Shown: positions 21,644 through 33,591 of the stretch, in pieces
Numbering within the stretch: position 1 is the stretch's first letter
Layout of the letters: each line of letters begins with the position of its first letter
NCBI GenBank assembly: GCA_977017575.1
Contig: CDRNVI010000009.1
Location: forward strand, 695,649-759,648
DNA length: 64,000 nucleotides
Origin: Paramoeba atlantica
Lineage: Eukaryota > Protista > Discosea
Direction of reading: 5' to 3'
Program-made: the position numbers and the translations under genes
The notes under the pieces: generated by a model
The model's database searches: none
What the model was told of the DNA's origin: nothing
Seen by the model: the letters and a program-made list of their open reading frames with translations, nothing else

Positions 21644-22924
21644 ATGTTTGACAACAAAGTAATTGCCGCCCCTATGGTACGCGTCTCCCATCTTGGCTTT
21701 CGACAACAATGCGCTTACTATGGAGCTCAGGTCGTATTCACCGAGGAAATCATGGCGCCGCGACTAATGAAGGCGACTCGAGAGGTTGTTCCCTCCCACA
21801 TTCTCCCGATCTACCAATCTGCGCTCTCCGAGGCCTGTGGTACGGAATCTAAAGAGATTTCTAAAGATTCTTGTCAACTCGATTATCTCATTCCCCCCTG
21901 CTCTGCATTACTGCGGGACCGCGTTGAGTATGTTGTCTACGAACCTGTCGGGAAGAAAGCCAATAAAACGGTAAAACGAGTCCCAGTGTTCACCACGCTT
22001 CTCGGAGGGGAAGCTGTTCCTTTAATTCTGCAACTCGCGGCCAGTAACGCTGAAACCGCCCTGGCTGCGGCAAGACTCGTCCAGCACGACGTGCAGGGGA
22101 TTGATTTAAATATGGGGTGCCCGAAACGATCCGCCACAGGGAGTGGGATGGGAGCGGAGCTGATGAAACATCCGGAGAGAGCGTGTGAGATTCTTTCTAC
22201 GCTGGTACAAAATATCAAAGTCCCGATTAGTGTAAAGACAAGATTATGCGAGACCGATGAGCAGAGTGTTGCGTTGATTCGGCAACTGGCGGAGACCGGG
22301 GTACATGCGGTGACACTCCATGCACGAACTGTGGAGCAGCGTAGCTCCACAGAGGCGCTACATTGCAGATTCCGCGTGATTCGAGACGCTCTGGGGGGAG
22401 ATTTTGCTCCTTCACTGATTTTAAATGGAGATGTCATGCCACGAAAGTTTGATCAGCTACGGCACGAAACGCAGTGTTCAGGGGTTATGGTTGCGAGGGA
22501 GGCTTTTTGGGATCCTATGGTTTTTACCGAACACATGGGGCAGGGTTTGCCTACGCAAACAGAAGGTCGAGATTCTGAAGATTTGAAGATTGTCCAAACA
22601 ATGCTTTGTTGGCATCTTGCTTTTCACACACCCTTTTCTGCGATAAAGTATCACGTATGCAGAGCAATGCAGGAGCAAAACATTTGCAAAGGAATACTTG
22701 CTGCGGCAACGTCGGCACGAACACCCCCTGACTTGTGTTGCGCACTATACATGTTTTCCAGTGCCGAAGTCAGTGATAACAAAAACGTTCTTTATACTCC
22801 CACGTTGTTTGGATTACACATTCCTTTATTTCTTCTCATCAATGCATATAGAGAACCTAAACAAATTGTAGAAGCACCTGAAGCATACGTGTATCCACCG
22901 TCGTACGGGGTACCTACGAATTGA
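21644..22924 (+). CDS. DUS2: tRNA-dihydrouridine synthase (Dus2-like)
   Basis: APMVR, VFTEEI, IDLNMGCPK, GMGAELM, SVKTRL, LHART, NGDV and GVMVAR motifs. Confidence 0.9.
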   Translation: MFDNKVIAAPMVRVSHLGFRQQCAYYGAQVVFTEEIMAPRLMKATREVVPSHILPIYQSALSEACGTESKEISKDSCQLDYLIPPCSALLRDRVEYVVYEPVGKKANKTVKRVPVFTTLLGGEAVPLILQLAASNAETALAAARLVQHDVQGIDLNMGCPKRSATGSGMGAELMKHPERACEILSTLVQNIKVPISVKTRLCETDEQSVALIRQLAETGVHAVTLHARTVEQRSSTEALHCRFRVIRDALGGDFAPSLILNGDVMPRKFDQLRHETQCSGVMVAREAFWDPMVFTEHMGQGLPTQTEGRDSEDLKIVQTMLCWHLAFHTPFSAIKYHVCRAMQEQNICKGILAAATSARTPPDLCCALYMFSSAEVSDNKNVLYTPTLFGLHIPLFLLINAYREPKQIVEAPEAYVYPPSYGVPTN

Positions 22925-23122
22925 ACAGTTTCTTCCAGGTAAGTATTGTGGTGTTGTGCAGAATAGAAAATTTGTAAGTCATTTGTTACTTTTTGAAGTT
23001 ATTCTATCACTGCATGCAACGTATAATGCACTTAATATAGCGCATTTTTATCAATTTAGAGTCTACCACAATAATAAATAAATTTTCGCATATATTTTTC
23101 TGTTACTTACTTATTGTTACCA

Positions 23123-23371
23123 ATGGTGTTGAACCCGAAACCGTTCCTGAAATCGTTGATAGGGAAGCGTGTGATCATTCGTCTTAAATGGGGAATGCAG
23201 TACGTGGGACACTTGATATCGACAGACGAGTACATGAACATTCATTTGACAGAATGCTCTGAATACATTGGTAACGCGTTGCAGGGGTATGTTGGAGAAG
23301 TCCTCATCAGATGTAACAATGTGCTGACTGTACGTTCCGGTGAAGAGGATAGCGCTGTGGAAACTTCTTAA
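23123..23371 (+). CDS. SmF: Sm core protein F
   Basis: [34 protein letters not shown]...[11 protein letters not shown]. Confidence 0.95.
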   Translation: MVLNPKPFLKSLIGKRVIIRLKWGMQYVGHLISTDEYMNIHLTECSEYIGNALQGYVGEVLIRCNNVLTVRSGEEDSAVETS

Positions 23372-23674
23372 TTGTCGAGGGGTATAGTAGATGTCAGAGG
23401 TACTCTGTCACATACTATAGTTTGGGTGTGAAGAGCACGTAGGTTACACTTAAGTAAGAGACTTTGGTCAGATACATGCACTTGTCGAACTATTAATTTA
23501 GCCTCTGTCATTCGAACAATTTTTAAAGGGTAATGCAGAGAAGCATAATGTAAAATTTAATTTTTCCCAATTGCGTAGTTATCCAATTGCATAGCTATCC
23601 ATTTTGTATTTTACAAAATTTATGCTAGAAGGTGTCTGAGGTTTGCAGTAACCTGTTGGCCTGCAAGCGACGTA

Positions 23675-25054
23675 ATGAATAGTAAACTTCCAATTAAGTC
23701 ACAGGAAGAGAAAAGTATTCGTCGGTCATACGGTTCGACTATTAGCATTCCTGCTTCCCGATTTTCGAAAATAATCCCGAGGAAAATTGATTCATCCCCG
23801 AACGACTTCATTAAGCCTCGAGTTCCACACAGACAAATGCAGTCTGCAACTCCCTACCCTGGCTATGAAAGAAAAGACGTTGCGTTCTCTTCCCTTCGCA
23901 CTTTTTCGGGGAATTCACCCCAAGTGCAGTGCCCTTTGATAGCTGCCGAACCTGAAAAGTTGTGCCCAGGGGCTTCCTCCGAACAATCAAACTTAGGTGA
24001 CACTTTGCTAAATCACACGACAGAGAATCCGGATATAAAAGCCGAAGAAAGCATAGGCAACCTTGAGTCAAGCCCTCGGGTCAAAGCTGTATCTCCTATC
24101 TCATCTTTTCCTCGCCAGTTGAATTTCACCCCCGGCACGATCGAGAAACAATTCAGTCACTTTGTAAGAACGCCGATTCAAAAAGAGAGTCAAGCAGATA
24201 AGGAGAACACTTCCTCTTTACACAATGTAAAACGTGCGACTCCAACTCCAAAAGCTCAAAGATCGGCAAGAAAAGAGAGCACTGCGGCTCCACTATCATA
24301 CTACAAGAAGTGGCAGGATTGTTTAGAGGAAAAACAGAAACTAATCCACGAGAAAATTTGTCTGCAGGGGAGAAACACCGAACTTAGGAAACGAATATTA
24401 CACTTGAAAACGCTTCTTCGAACTTCAGAATCCAAAAGAGATGTTGCGCATGTTGCGAACTCTACCCTTTCATTACGTTACGGCATATTGGGACAAATAG
24501 GCGATCTTGCCATTAACCAAGCTGAAAAAATTCTAGCAGATATGCGAATTCGTAAACTGGCGCCACCTCTATATGGAAACGCAAGGAAATCAGGTGGAAT
24601 CGACAAAGTCAGTGGCAATCCTCTCAAAAGCGACCAAAGGAGTATACCGAAAGCGAAAGGAGATCCTACCTTGGGTGCTGCGTTCGCATCTCGTGATTCA
24701 TTGGGTGCAGATCATGACACAATTAATCTCGCGGAACAGAAGTCACAGGTGTATGAGACTACGATGGAAAATAAACTGATGCAGGAACGTGACCTGTTTC
24801 GTAGCCTGTTGCGTGAAGTATTGATCGAGAAAATGTCACAAAATGTGGAACTACGCGAGTACCACGAGTCTCACATAGCCCTAAGAGAGGAAATCAGTGC
24901 ACTGAAACTGGAAATTAGTACGATGCATCGAATCAGTGGTGAACGTGAGAAGCCATTGGCGTCGATTGCCACTGAGAAAGCCTGTCGTTTACAACGTACG
25001 GAGACTTATGAAAAAGCTTTATTAGCATCTTTTACTGTACCGCCAAAGACATGA
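23675..25054 (+). CDS. Hypothetical protein, disordered N-terminus with coiled coils
   Basis: 459-aa ORF in the sense of the cluster, with heptad-like segments; no recognisable domain. Confidence 0.6.
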   Translation: MNSKLPIKSQEEKSIRRSYGSTISIPASRFSKIIPRKIDSSPNDFIKPRVPHRQMQSATPYPGYERKDVAFSSLRTFSGNSPQVQCPLIAAEPEKLCPGASSEQSNLGDTLLNHTTENPDIKAEESIGNLESSPRVKAVSPISSFPRQLNFTPGTIEKQFSHFVRTPIQKESQADKENTSSLHNVKRATPTPKAQRSARKESTAAPLSYYKKWQDCLEEKQKLIHEKICLQGRNTELRKRILHLKTLLRTSESKRDVAHVANSTLSLRYGILGQIGDLAINQAEKILADMRIRKLAPPLYGNARKSGGIDKVSGNPLKSDQRSIPKAKGDPTLGAAFASRDSLGADHDTINLAEQKSQVYETTMENKLMQERDLFRSLLREVLIEKMSQNVELREYHESHIALREEISALKLEISTMHRISGEREKPLASIATEKACRLQRTETYEKALLASFTVPPKT

Positions 25055-25363
25055 GATGGTTCTGCCTTCTTCCACAAACTTAGAACTGAAAGTGGCGATG
25101 ACGAGGCTTTACTTGAAGTGCTTGCCCCGGTATTTGATGCTTCCGTCATAAAATACATCCAAATTGCCAATGTAGAAAAAAAAAAGAGTTCTCTAGATTG
25201 ACCTCTAGATTGGTTGCCCGTATGTGGATGACCAAATTTTGTACAAAGGGGGAGATAATTCTTTTTATTTATGAAGTACGTAATAGTAATGTACATTCGG
25301 ATTTGTGGGAGTAAATTAGAAAACCCGAGCCCCTTTTTTTGTTAATAATCTAACAATTAACGC

Positions 25364-25561
25364 ATGCACCTTCAGTATTACCTGGAAAACGGAAAGCGTG
25401 TTTACACTCTAAAGAAAGTTTCTCCGAGCGGCGAAGCTACTATTTCTGCTCATCCTGCGAAATTTTCTCCTCACGACCCGTACAGCGAGCAGCGCCTGAT
25501 GATCAAAAGACGATTTCGAATTCTCCGTCGAAAGAAAAGGGTCAGGGAAGCGTCGTCTTAG
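25364..25561 (+). CDS. NOP10: H/ACA snoRNP subunit Nop10
   Basis: MHLQYY...GKRVYTLKK...[20 protein letters not shown]. Confidence 0.95.
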   Translation: MHLQYYLENGKRVYTLKKVSPSGEATISAHPAKFSPHDPYSEQRLMIKRRFRILRRKKRVREASS

Positions 25562-25867
25562 TCTTTTTTAGCAATTTTTTTATAGTTTTTATGACGATTA
25601 TACTCCCGTTTTATTGCATGTAAAATTACGTAATCATTGGGACACTGGGTCTCCCGCCACAAGCATTTGGAACTAGCGTTTGAAACTCAACAAACTCTGT
25701 ATAAATACGCATATGTTTTTCACAATTACAGTCGACATACAAACTTCATGTTCAGGAATCAAGTTCGAATCATTATGGCTATTTAACAGCACTACAGATG
25801 TGGAAAGAAATATCATTGAACTTACAGCTCCTTTTTCACTTTTAAAGAGCTTTTTTAAAGTACTACA

Positions 25868-26506
25868 ATGTCACGCCTTTGTACCTTCCAGGACGACCTT
25901 CCGCTTCTCCGGACGTCCAAAATCCGTCACGTCGGATTTCCTGTAGAATACGAGATGGAGCGTTTTCTGCAAGGGGTGTTTGAACAACACAACTCATGGA
26001 GTGCGCACATTCCCATCGCTGAGTGGCATGGGATCGAGGTAGGGAAGGGCTCGAAGGCCTCCGCAGTGTTAGAAGTGAATTGGCGTTCTCAGCGTATCCG
26101 TGGGATCCCGCAGTGGTCTTTACTTCCCAAATCGGTCCGAAAATTGGATGTCGGGAGTAACAGTCTGACGGGGGAGATTGATCTTGCTGCGTTTCCACGA
26201 GAAATGAGGCACTTGTATCTTTGCTACAATGAGTTTCACGGACACATCGATTTAAACGCATGTCCACCGGAATTGCTCCATTTGTATCTCAATCATAACC
26301 ATTTCTCTGGCCCCGTGAGGTTGGCATCACTGCCATCTAACATCCAGTTTCTTCACTTGGGAAGTAATCGGTTCGGAGGCATAGCAGATGTAGAGCACCT
26401 ACCTGTAACTTTAATTACATTGGATTTAACGCACAACGGTTTCCGAGGCTTTGCTCCTGAGGATATACCGGACAACGTGCGAGTTGGACACCAAATCGTG
26501 GCATAG
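25868..26506 (+). CDS. Leucine-rich-repeat protein (copy 2)
   Basis: EWHGIEV cap and repeats such as LPKSVRKLDVGSNSLTGEIDL and LPSNIQFLHLGSNRFGG. Confidence 0.85.
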   Translation: MSRLCTFQDDLPLLRTSKIRHVGFPVEYEMERFLQGVFEQHNSWSAHIPIAEWHGIEVGKGSKASAVLEVNWRSQRIRGIPQWSLLPKSVRKLDVGSNSLTGEIDLAAFPREMRHLYLCYNEFHGHIDLNACPPELLHLYLNHNHFSGPVRLASLPSNIQFLHLGSNRFGGIADVEHLPVTLITLDLTHNGFRGFAPEDIPDNVRVGHQIVA

Positions 26507-26895
26507 TAAAAGGCAAATCGTGGACGTAGCACACTGGAATACGTAAACTACATGTTCTCGGAAAATGGGCGTCGTTTAACAGATTATTAATAAAAAATCT
26601 CGCCTTATTCGTCTTGAAGGCCGTTTTTTATTTTGAAGACATTTGAATACATCCAACACATGCGAGTATGAGCAGCTACATGTACATGTATGTAGGTGAG
26701 GAGACGATAAACATGTTGTATTAGCTACGAGAACATAAAGCCATCAAGCTTCCGACGTGTTTAATTTATCATTTCAGGTGGTAAATATGCATTTAAGAAA
26801 GTAAATACATGTGTATGTACGTGAGTAACAGAAAATAATCATGATAAAACTGATAATTTGATATGAAGCAAACATGAATCTCAGGGAAGGATACA

Positions 26896-28164
26896 ATGTG
26901 CGAAATTGCAGAGCGACGTGCAACCGAGAAACGATTGTTGGAGTTTCTTGACGGGAATGTTTGTAGTGAAACGTCATCGTCACTTCTAGCCATCTTGTGG
27001 CACGAGCTGTTCGGTTACCCTACCTTATGGAAATCCGTGTGTCCTTTCCATGTTGGGATTATCGAATACTGTGATTCAAGGAAAGATTCTTTTCCCTTTG
27101 GCATTCCTTTGTGTACCCGTCCCACACAGGAACTGCTGTCAAATTACTACGATTTCGAAGGTCACAAACTAAATCTTTGCGCTGCTCGATTCCTGTGCTC
27201 ATTAAACCAGCAAGCTCATCTTTTTGAACTTAATAGAGACGTCTCAATCGAAAGCGAAAGTTTAGCGAGTTTTTACTTGTCTGACTTCTTGGAGGACAGA
27301 TTTTACATTATTGAAGGAAGAGATCCGAGTTTTTATGGACGAAAACATTTTCCCATGGAATCCCGTAGAACGAAGTGGTACGGCCCGTCCTTTGTAGGTC
27401 GATACTTTGCTTTAAGAGTATCCTGTGCAGGTCCTTCGCTACTCTTGCCCATTTCTGAGACAGAATTCGAATCCTGTGTAGAATTTCTACGGCGAAAAGC
27501 AGTGCGCGACGACTTATCTGCCTCAAGATACTTATTTCAGGATACACGTCCGTCTTATTCTCTGGACGGTCCGCTTGAGTCCCCCTGCGCGCGTTCAGTT
27601 ACCACACGGTATCTATGTGCTCTATCTGATGATAGAAGAAAAAATCATGCTAGCGGGTCCACAGAAATGCCATTTCTAAGTTACCAAGAATATTGCGATG
27701 CTCAAAATTCAGTGAATGGTAGGAGACAGTTCAGTAAAAAAGATTTTTCAGGCGTCTCTATGGCATTAGCATTTAATGCACGAAATAATGACGTATTGAT
27801 TCCCTCTCAGATAGACGGGGTCAAGAGAAGTTACTGTCTTCTTGGAGCAACTGTCGGTGCTCTGCTTTTCTTATATAGATTTGTCCCATCGTGTTACTAT
27901 TCACCCTACCTATCGTATCTTGTGCACAAGCATGCACCACTAAAGACGGTCTTCTCAAATCTATTCTTACCTACAGATCCCGTAGCAACGTTGACCACGT
28001 TTGAGAGCCTCCCGCCTTCACTAGAGCCCTATGTTGACTCTGTACACCTGACGCCAGGTTATTTGTTTTGTCGGTTTGGTTCGACTGCCCTACGATTTCT
28101 ACAGAGCAATATGATTTCTACAGGTCATGTTACTAATACAAATTCGTCTTATCATTTTACATAA
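26896..28164 (+). CDS. Hypothetical protein
   Basis: 422-aa ORF of globular composition in the sense of the cluster; family not recognised. Confidence 0.65.
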   Translation: MCEIAERRATEKRLLEFLDGNVCSETSSSLLAILWHELFGYPTLWKSVCPFHVGIIEYCDSRKDSFPFGIPLCTRPTQELLSNYYDFEGHKLNLCAARFLCSLNQQAHLFELNRDVSIESESLASFYLSDFLEDRFYIIEGRDPSFYGRKHFPMESRRTKWYGPSFVGRYFALRVSCAGPSLLLPISETEFESCVEFLRRKAVRDDLSASRYLFQDTRPSYSLDGPLESPCARSVTTRYLCALSDDRRKNHASGSTEMPFLSYQEYCDAQNSVNGRRQFSKKDFSGVSMALAFNARNNDVLIPSQIDGVKRSYCLLGATVGALLFLYRFVPSCYYSPYLSYLVHKHAPLKTVFSNLFLPTDPVATLTTFESLPPSLEPYVDSVHLTPGYLFCRFGSTALRFLQSNMISTGHVTNTNSSYHFT

Positions 28165-28334
28165 AAAGAGAATGTGCACTCACGGTTATTTTTTCAGGTT
28201 ATTTGTCCGGGAGAAAATAAAAAAAGAATTCATACTTTTTGAATCAAACATATGGACATTGAGTGGATTCTATTGAACTACCGAGGGAAAATTGGTATAT
28301 CAGAAATTGGAAAATATCTTTTAAGAACACTTGC

Positions 28335-28634
28335 ATGAAAACTGTGTCACTTTCGGAATGTGACCCAATTATTTGCGCCACAGCTTTGGAACAACTTATT
28401 TCTGTTCCTCCACACGGGCCGTTTCTTTGGATCGCAGCGCTCGCCGTGCGGGATGTTATTGCCGAACGGCACCAGGTTTCCGTATCACTCACGGATGCGC
28501 TACAGTTTATCCGAGCACACTACAATCCAACCCATATGCAAAGTTACAGCTCGTTCTACTCCGTCCTTGGCGGATCAGATTCTCACTTGACGTCGGGTTA
28601 CTGGAAGCCTGATGCTGAGTTGAGGCTTGAGTAG
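28335..28634 (+). CDS. Small protein, possible Eaf7/MRGBP-like (NuA4 subunit)
   Basis: ALEQLISVPPHG...AVRDVIAERHQVSVS..DALQFIRAHYN has the same spacing as MRGBP LFHAMLGHKPVG...CIRDKFSQNIGRQVP..IWDHLSTMYD. Matched by eye only. Confidence 0.4.
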   Translation: MKTVSLSECDPIICATALEQLISVPPHGPFLWIAALAVRDVIAERHQVSVSLTDALQFIRAHYNPTHMQSYSSFYSVLGGSDSHLTSGYWKPDAELRLE

Positions 28635-29081
28635 ATGTCGGGTCTCCATATTCCAAACTTTGAATTACTACACGTGTGCTACACGTGTAGTAAGTGATAA
28701 AGTGACCCCCGTCTTCGTATGTTTGAAGTCGTGGCAGTGAATGTTGAAGACTTGTGGCGCAGATGTACCGCCTTTTTCGTGTAATCGTCGTGTAGACAGC
28801 TGTACAGCATTCGTACTGCCTCCCTTGAAGCGGATATATGGGTTGAACAGGCTTGTCAAAGGTTGCGCAAGTTTTTTTCGCCAGACAGAAGATATTGTTT
28901 TATCGTCCTTTGTATCAAGTTAGTTACCTGTATGTGTCTTTAGTATTCGCTTATGTACAGTAAGCCTGTATCTTAGTACAATATTTGCTACTTCTCACAA
29001 GCCACGTAAGCTAGAAAACGTGCCAATTAAACACACTTCAACATCGTTCCAAAGTTCCGATTAATTTCAATAGTCTAATTT

Positions 29082-29276
29082 ATGGGCAAAGTACACGGAT
29101 CACTCGCTCGTGCAGGAAAGGTCCGGAATCAAACCCCAAAGGTTGCCAAGAAAGAGAAAATGAAGGCGCCGCGTGGAAGGGCAAAGAAAAGACTGCTTTA
29201 TAAGAAGCGAAACATAATGACTGCTATGGTTCCCGGTCAAAAGAGGCGCGCCAATCCTCAAAGCGTTACCAAATAA
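29082..29276 (+). CDS. RPS30: 40S ribosomal protein S30 (eS30, no ubiquitin-like fusion)
   Basis: [26 protein letters not shown]...GRAKKR. Confidence 0.97.
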   Translation: MGKVHGSLARAGKVRNQTPKVAKKEKMKAPRGRAKKRLLYKKRNIMTAMVPGQKRRANPQSVTK

Positions 29277-29819
29277 GCGCCATTTTAATGAAGACACATC
29301 CTGCGAAAAAACAATTCGCACAGCGAGCTGCAACGCGGTCAAGAAGTGGGTAAAAAGTATTCAAGTCATTTGTAATGTTTAGCGTAGAAAAAGGTCTGCG
29401 AATGTATGTTTTCCTATATTGTATTAGGCTTCGGTTCACAGAAATAAAGGAAATTTTTTGCTAAACTAAAAAAGTATTTTTCAAAGTTCGAAAGGCCATT
29501 AGTACTTCGGATGCGGACTATACTTATTAGATTGTCGGTGAAGAAGTGTTCTTCTACTCAAGAATCATTAGGTTGCTCTATCTTTGTTTCTAGCATTCCT
29601 CTACATGTCATTCGTTGTTCAGTCGAAGAAGAAGTTTGTGATGAAATTTTCCTGTGATGAATTTAGCTGCGAAGATATTCAGATGTGTGAGGTAAAACAT
29701 TGAATAAAAGGTAGCAACATTGAATGTTGCTGGAACAAGAAAGTCGTAGATTTTTTTTACTTGCCTTAGTCTACAGGGAGTTGAATTTTTAAGTCGTTTT
29801 GTTGGAAAAGCGGACCATT

Positions 29820-31104
29820 ATGACTGCACTGTCAGTGATTGGTCTCTGGGGCACTTTTCGCGGAGCTGCCGAGAAAGCAAATGCTATATCAAGAAGAACG
29901 GCCTTTCATGATCCCAAGGGAATTGAAACATCTGTTTTGTGACATTTTGATGAATCGAGGTCTATTCTTTGGCTGTTCGTAGGAAATATTATGGATCCCC
30001 GCTTTTTACCATTTTGTAAGACCCAATTTTTAACCAGGGAAAAGAGCGACGATTCGTAAGAATCGGTAAATCGGCTGCGGGTGCAATCACAGAAAAGGAA
30101 TGAAGAATATTCATTCAAGTTGTTTTCTCGCCTAATGGTGGCTCTACAAACCTGTTTGGCGGCTGATTTGTTCCGTTCGTGCGATATTGTGTGTGTTCTA
30201 ATTCCCGGGGTGACGATCAGTGTCTCCGAACTTCAGGTTTTTAGAACTTTGTATGCATTAAAAAGGAATCCGAAAGGCTTACTCGCGATGCATGTGGGCG
30301 AGAGCGACTCAAAGACTTTGACACACAGAGGTTCAAGTGAGCTTCATGTTACATCTGATGAAATGAATCAGAGCGTGGGTTCATGCCGTTCTGAGACACC
30401 TTATTTGGTGTTCCTTGTGTGTTCCGAGGAGTCGCAGATAGCTGCGTATTTCGCTACAACGTTTCGCCGTTCAATGCAGGCTTGCGGCTTATGTGCCCCT
30501 GATGACGGGCAGACCTCTATACGAAATGATCGTGTATCTTCAAAATCCACACGATACTTGTTTCGGACGGCGCAGGTGGCATTTCACTGTGTCATGCAAA
30601 CAGACTTTGATGGCATATGTGGCTACTTGGACAGAATTCGTCAAACTTTTCTTCAAGCTGCTGGACGTTACGAAGAATCAATCCAACGCTATGCCTCACT
30701 CACTTTCAGATGGAAGGCGTAGAAATGAATACGAAGATAACGCCACTTTTCAACTCAGGAGCGATCACGAGCTGCGGTTCCTTCATCAAACCTTGAAATA
30801 CGGCCATGAGGTGCGTCGTGTAATAGAAGATAATTTTTTAGGGAAAGAGTACGACACCCTTGATTTCAGTGGAGCTTCTACTCATAAATGCGCAACGAAT
30901 CAGAAGCATGAAGAAGGCGTCTCAATAGCCTTAGAGAAACAAGCGTCCGAGATTATACATTGGCATAGTCATCGTGATAACTGGCTTAATACTCACTCAA
31001 CAAATGATATAAAAAAAGAATTCAGGAAAAATTCAGGGCTAAAGGATGCTCAGTTTAAGTCAGCTAGTAGGCGACCTTTAAGAAATGTACCCACCGAGTC
31101 CTGA
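29820..31104 (+). pseudogene. Interrupted reading frame, probable pseudogene
   Basis: One frame runs from ATG 29820 through in-frame TGA 29940 and TAA 30057 to TAG 30722. A second frame continues to 31104. Confidence 0.3.
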
Positions 31105-31370
31105 AATTTCAGGACTCAATCCAAAATTTTATTTTAACTTTAGCAAAAAGTGTGGCAAATAAGACCTACTTTGACATACAATAGTCTCCAATATTACAGT
31201 ATTCTAAACAGACAGAGGTTTACTTATATCAAAATAGCTGGAACATGCATTTCCCCAATCTCCATTCGAATTAGCTCGAATCCTTTGAAACGATTTTTCA
31301 AAAGTCGTTGCGTCTTAGAAATGAGAAGCTGCTGCAGTGCACGGAACATATTAACTTTTGATTGTTGACG

Positions 31371-31520
31371 TACAACTCTGTGAGAGCTCTCCAATCCCAT
31401 CCAAAGGGCGCTATTATTTCCTGAAACAGAACAAATTTTGCACAATTTGACCCCCACCCCCACATTTAAGTGCCACCTCCTATAATTATTCTAGAATTTT
31501 ATAGAATTTTTCACCCCCTG
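31371..31520. repeat. Solo, degenerate terminal inverted repeat of the Tc1-like family
   Basis: tacaactctgtgaga.ctctc...gcgctatta.ttcc...tgaccccc...ttttcacccc(c)tg matches 35527-35624 with insertions. Confidence 0.65.
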
Positions 31521-31731
31521 GCCTGTCTCGGAGGTAGGACGTACAGCCTGTAGGTCAACAAACTTTGCAGAGGATGGATTTTTACAGCTAAAGGAATGGA
31601 ATTATCAAATTCATATGTACCTTCTGCATTGCTTATTTTAGAACACGCGGAGAATAAGAAGAATATACTCACCACGATTCCACTATTTCTGATAACGACG
31701 CCTTTTCCTCTTCTCGTTTACCCTTTCATCC

Positions 31732-33591
31732 ATGTCCCACTTCATTAACGGGTACCCCGTCCCCGAACGGCTAACCGAAAAGCAAATCCGATCCCTATTC
31801 CCCAAAGGCATCCTGGGCCTCACCACATCCTCCGGTATCCCCATCTTCCCCTCCCCCAACGGCGATCTCCTCCTCACCGCCGAGGAAACCCACTACACCC
31901 TCCCCGGGGCTAACTCCCTCCTCCCCCACCTCACCTCCACCGCCACCTCCGCCTCCACCCCCTCAAGCCCCACCCAGGACGACTCCCTCATCACCCCCCA
32001 CGCCCAAGGACCACAACGGTTCTCCCAACAGTGGGCCCACAAGGGCAAGGTTCTCCAAGACCGGGTCCATGACCACATCACCATGCCCCCCCTCCTGATC
32101 ACGTTTATTGACACCCCCGAGTTCCAACGGCTCCGTGGGCTGCGACAGCTCGGCTCCACCCACTACCTCTACCCCGGTGCCACCAACACCCGATTCGAAC
32201 ACTCCCTGGGCGTCGCCTTCCTCGGCGGCGTAATGGTACGACACATCCGGAAGCACCAGCCCGAGCTCCGGGTGGATTACCGTGATGAGATGGCCGTGAT
32301 GCTCGCGGGCCTGTGTCATGATTTAGGACATGGCCCGTTCTCCCATCTGTTTGAGGAGTTTGTGAATCGCACAAGGGGTAGTCCGGGGAATAATAGTGGT
32401 GGTGGGAGTGGTACGTCCTTCCCACGATGGCGTCATGAGGATATGTCGGTCCGTGTGTTTCGGCATATTATACAAAAGCATGAGATTCGGTTTGAGGATT
32501 TTGGATTGCTGGAGGAGGACATACAGTTTGTGACACATCTGATTAAAGGGGTGAAGCCAGGACATCGGGCTCCGATGGGAAGCCGATCCGAGACGAAACG
32601 GTTCTTATTTGATATTGTCTCCAACAAGCGAAATGGGATAGATGTGGATAAGCTGGACTACTTTATGCGGGACAGTGCGTGTTGCTGGGGTCGCGTTGCT
32701 GTGGACTGTCACATCAATCGTTTGATTAAGTCAACCCGTGCGGTCAATTTCAACAGTGAGTGGCAAATTTGCTTTGAGGAGAAAATGGCGCTGAGCCTTG
32801 GAGACATTTTCAGTCTTCGAGCGAAGTTGCACAAGTACGTGTACCAACACCGCATTGTGAAAGTAATTGACCACATGATTTTGAATGTCTTAGAGCTTGC
32901 GGAGGGTCACTACATGATTCTGGGCGGCGGGGGCCAGTCCTACAGTATCGGGGCATGTGTCGATGACATTGACGCGTATGTCCGCCTGGGTGACTGGATA
33001 CTGGACGCCTTGGAGGCCTGCCCCTCGACGGCTCTTTTACCCGCTCAGGCGATAATTTCCCGTATACGGGCCCGGGACTTCTACCACTTAGCCGGAATCG
33101 CGGCCTATCGCAGTGGGGAAGTACCTCGCGCGGAGATTGAGATTACGCATGAGATTTTAACCCATCTTCCACCACAGAGCACGGTGATAACGATGAGCGA
33201 CGTGGTTGTTCACGTGACGCGCATCACGTACGGTAGCAGTGACCATCAGGGAGCCGCGGATGATCCCATAAGCCATGTAGGATTTTTTAACCCCAAAAAG
33301 AACCAAGACGAGGCATTTCACTTGAGTGCCAAGCGAAAAAGCCCTCTTTTTACTCCCACAGCATTTGAGGAAAGTACAGTGTTTGTGTATGCCAAGGCTC
33401 CGGAGCATTTACTTCCAGTCACGCTAGCCTTTGAGGCGTGGAAAGAAGACAATTGTGAACTTTTCTCAACCCCTGTCCCAACGATGAACTTTACGCCTAG
33501 TATGAAACGTCGAGCCCTGGAGTCATCTATTACACGGCGAGAGGTTGCGCAAATGCAACTTTCTCAGCCCTCACTTACACCGCCCGAATGA
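31732..33591 (+). CDS. SAMHD1: SAMHD1-like HD-domain dNTP triphosphohydrolase
   Basis: FQRLRGLRQLG...YPGATNTRFEHSLG, AGLCHDLGHGPFSHLFE, HE, DVDKLDYFMRD and VYQH motifs. Confidence 0.92.
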   Translation: MSHFINGYPVPERLTEKQIRSLFPKGILGLTTSSGIPIFPSPNGDLLLTAEETHYTLPGANSLLPHLTSTATSASTPSSPTQDDSLITPHAQGPQRFSQQWAHKGKVLQDRVHDHITMPPLLITFIDTPEFQRLRGLRQLGSTHYLYPGATNTRFEHSLGVAFLGGVMVRHIRKHQPELRVDYRDEMAVMLAGLCHDLGHGPFSHLFEEFVNRTRGSPGNNSGGGSGTSFPRWRHEDMSVRVFRHIIQKHEIRFEDFGLLEEDIQFVTHLIKGVKPGHRAPMGSRSETKRFLFDIVSNKRNGIDVDKLDYFMRDSACCWGRVAVDCHINRLIKSTRAVNFNSEWQICFEEKMALSLGDIFSLRAKLHKYVYQHRIVKVIDHMILNVLELAEGHYMILGGGGQSYSIGACVDDIDAYVRLGDWILDALEACPSTALLPAQAIISRIRARDFYHLAGIAAYRSGEVPRAEIEITHEILTHLPPQSTVITMSDVVVHVTRITYGSSDHQGAADDPISHVGFFNPKKNQDEAFHLSAKRKSPLFTPTAFEESTVFVYAKAPEHLLPVTLAFEAWKEDNCELFSTPVPTMNFTPSMKRRALESSITRREVAQMQLSQPSLTPPE

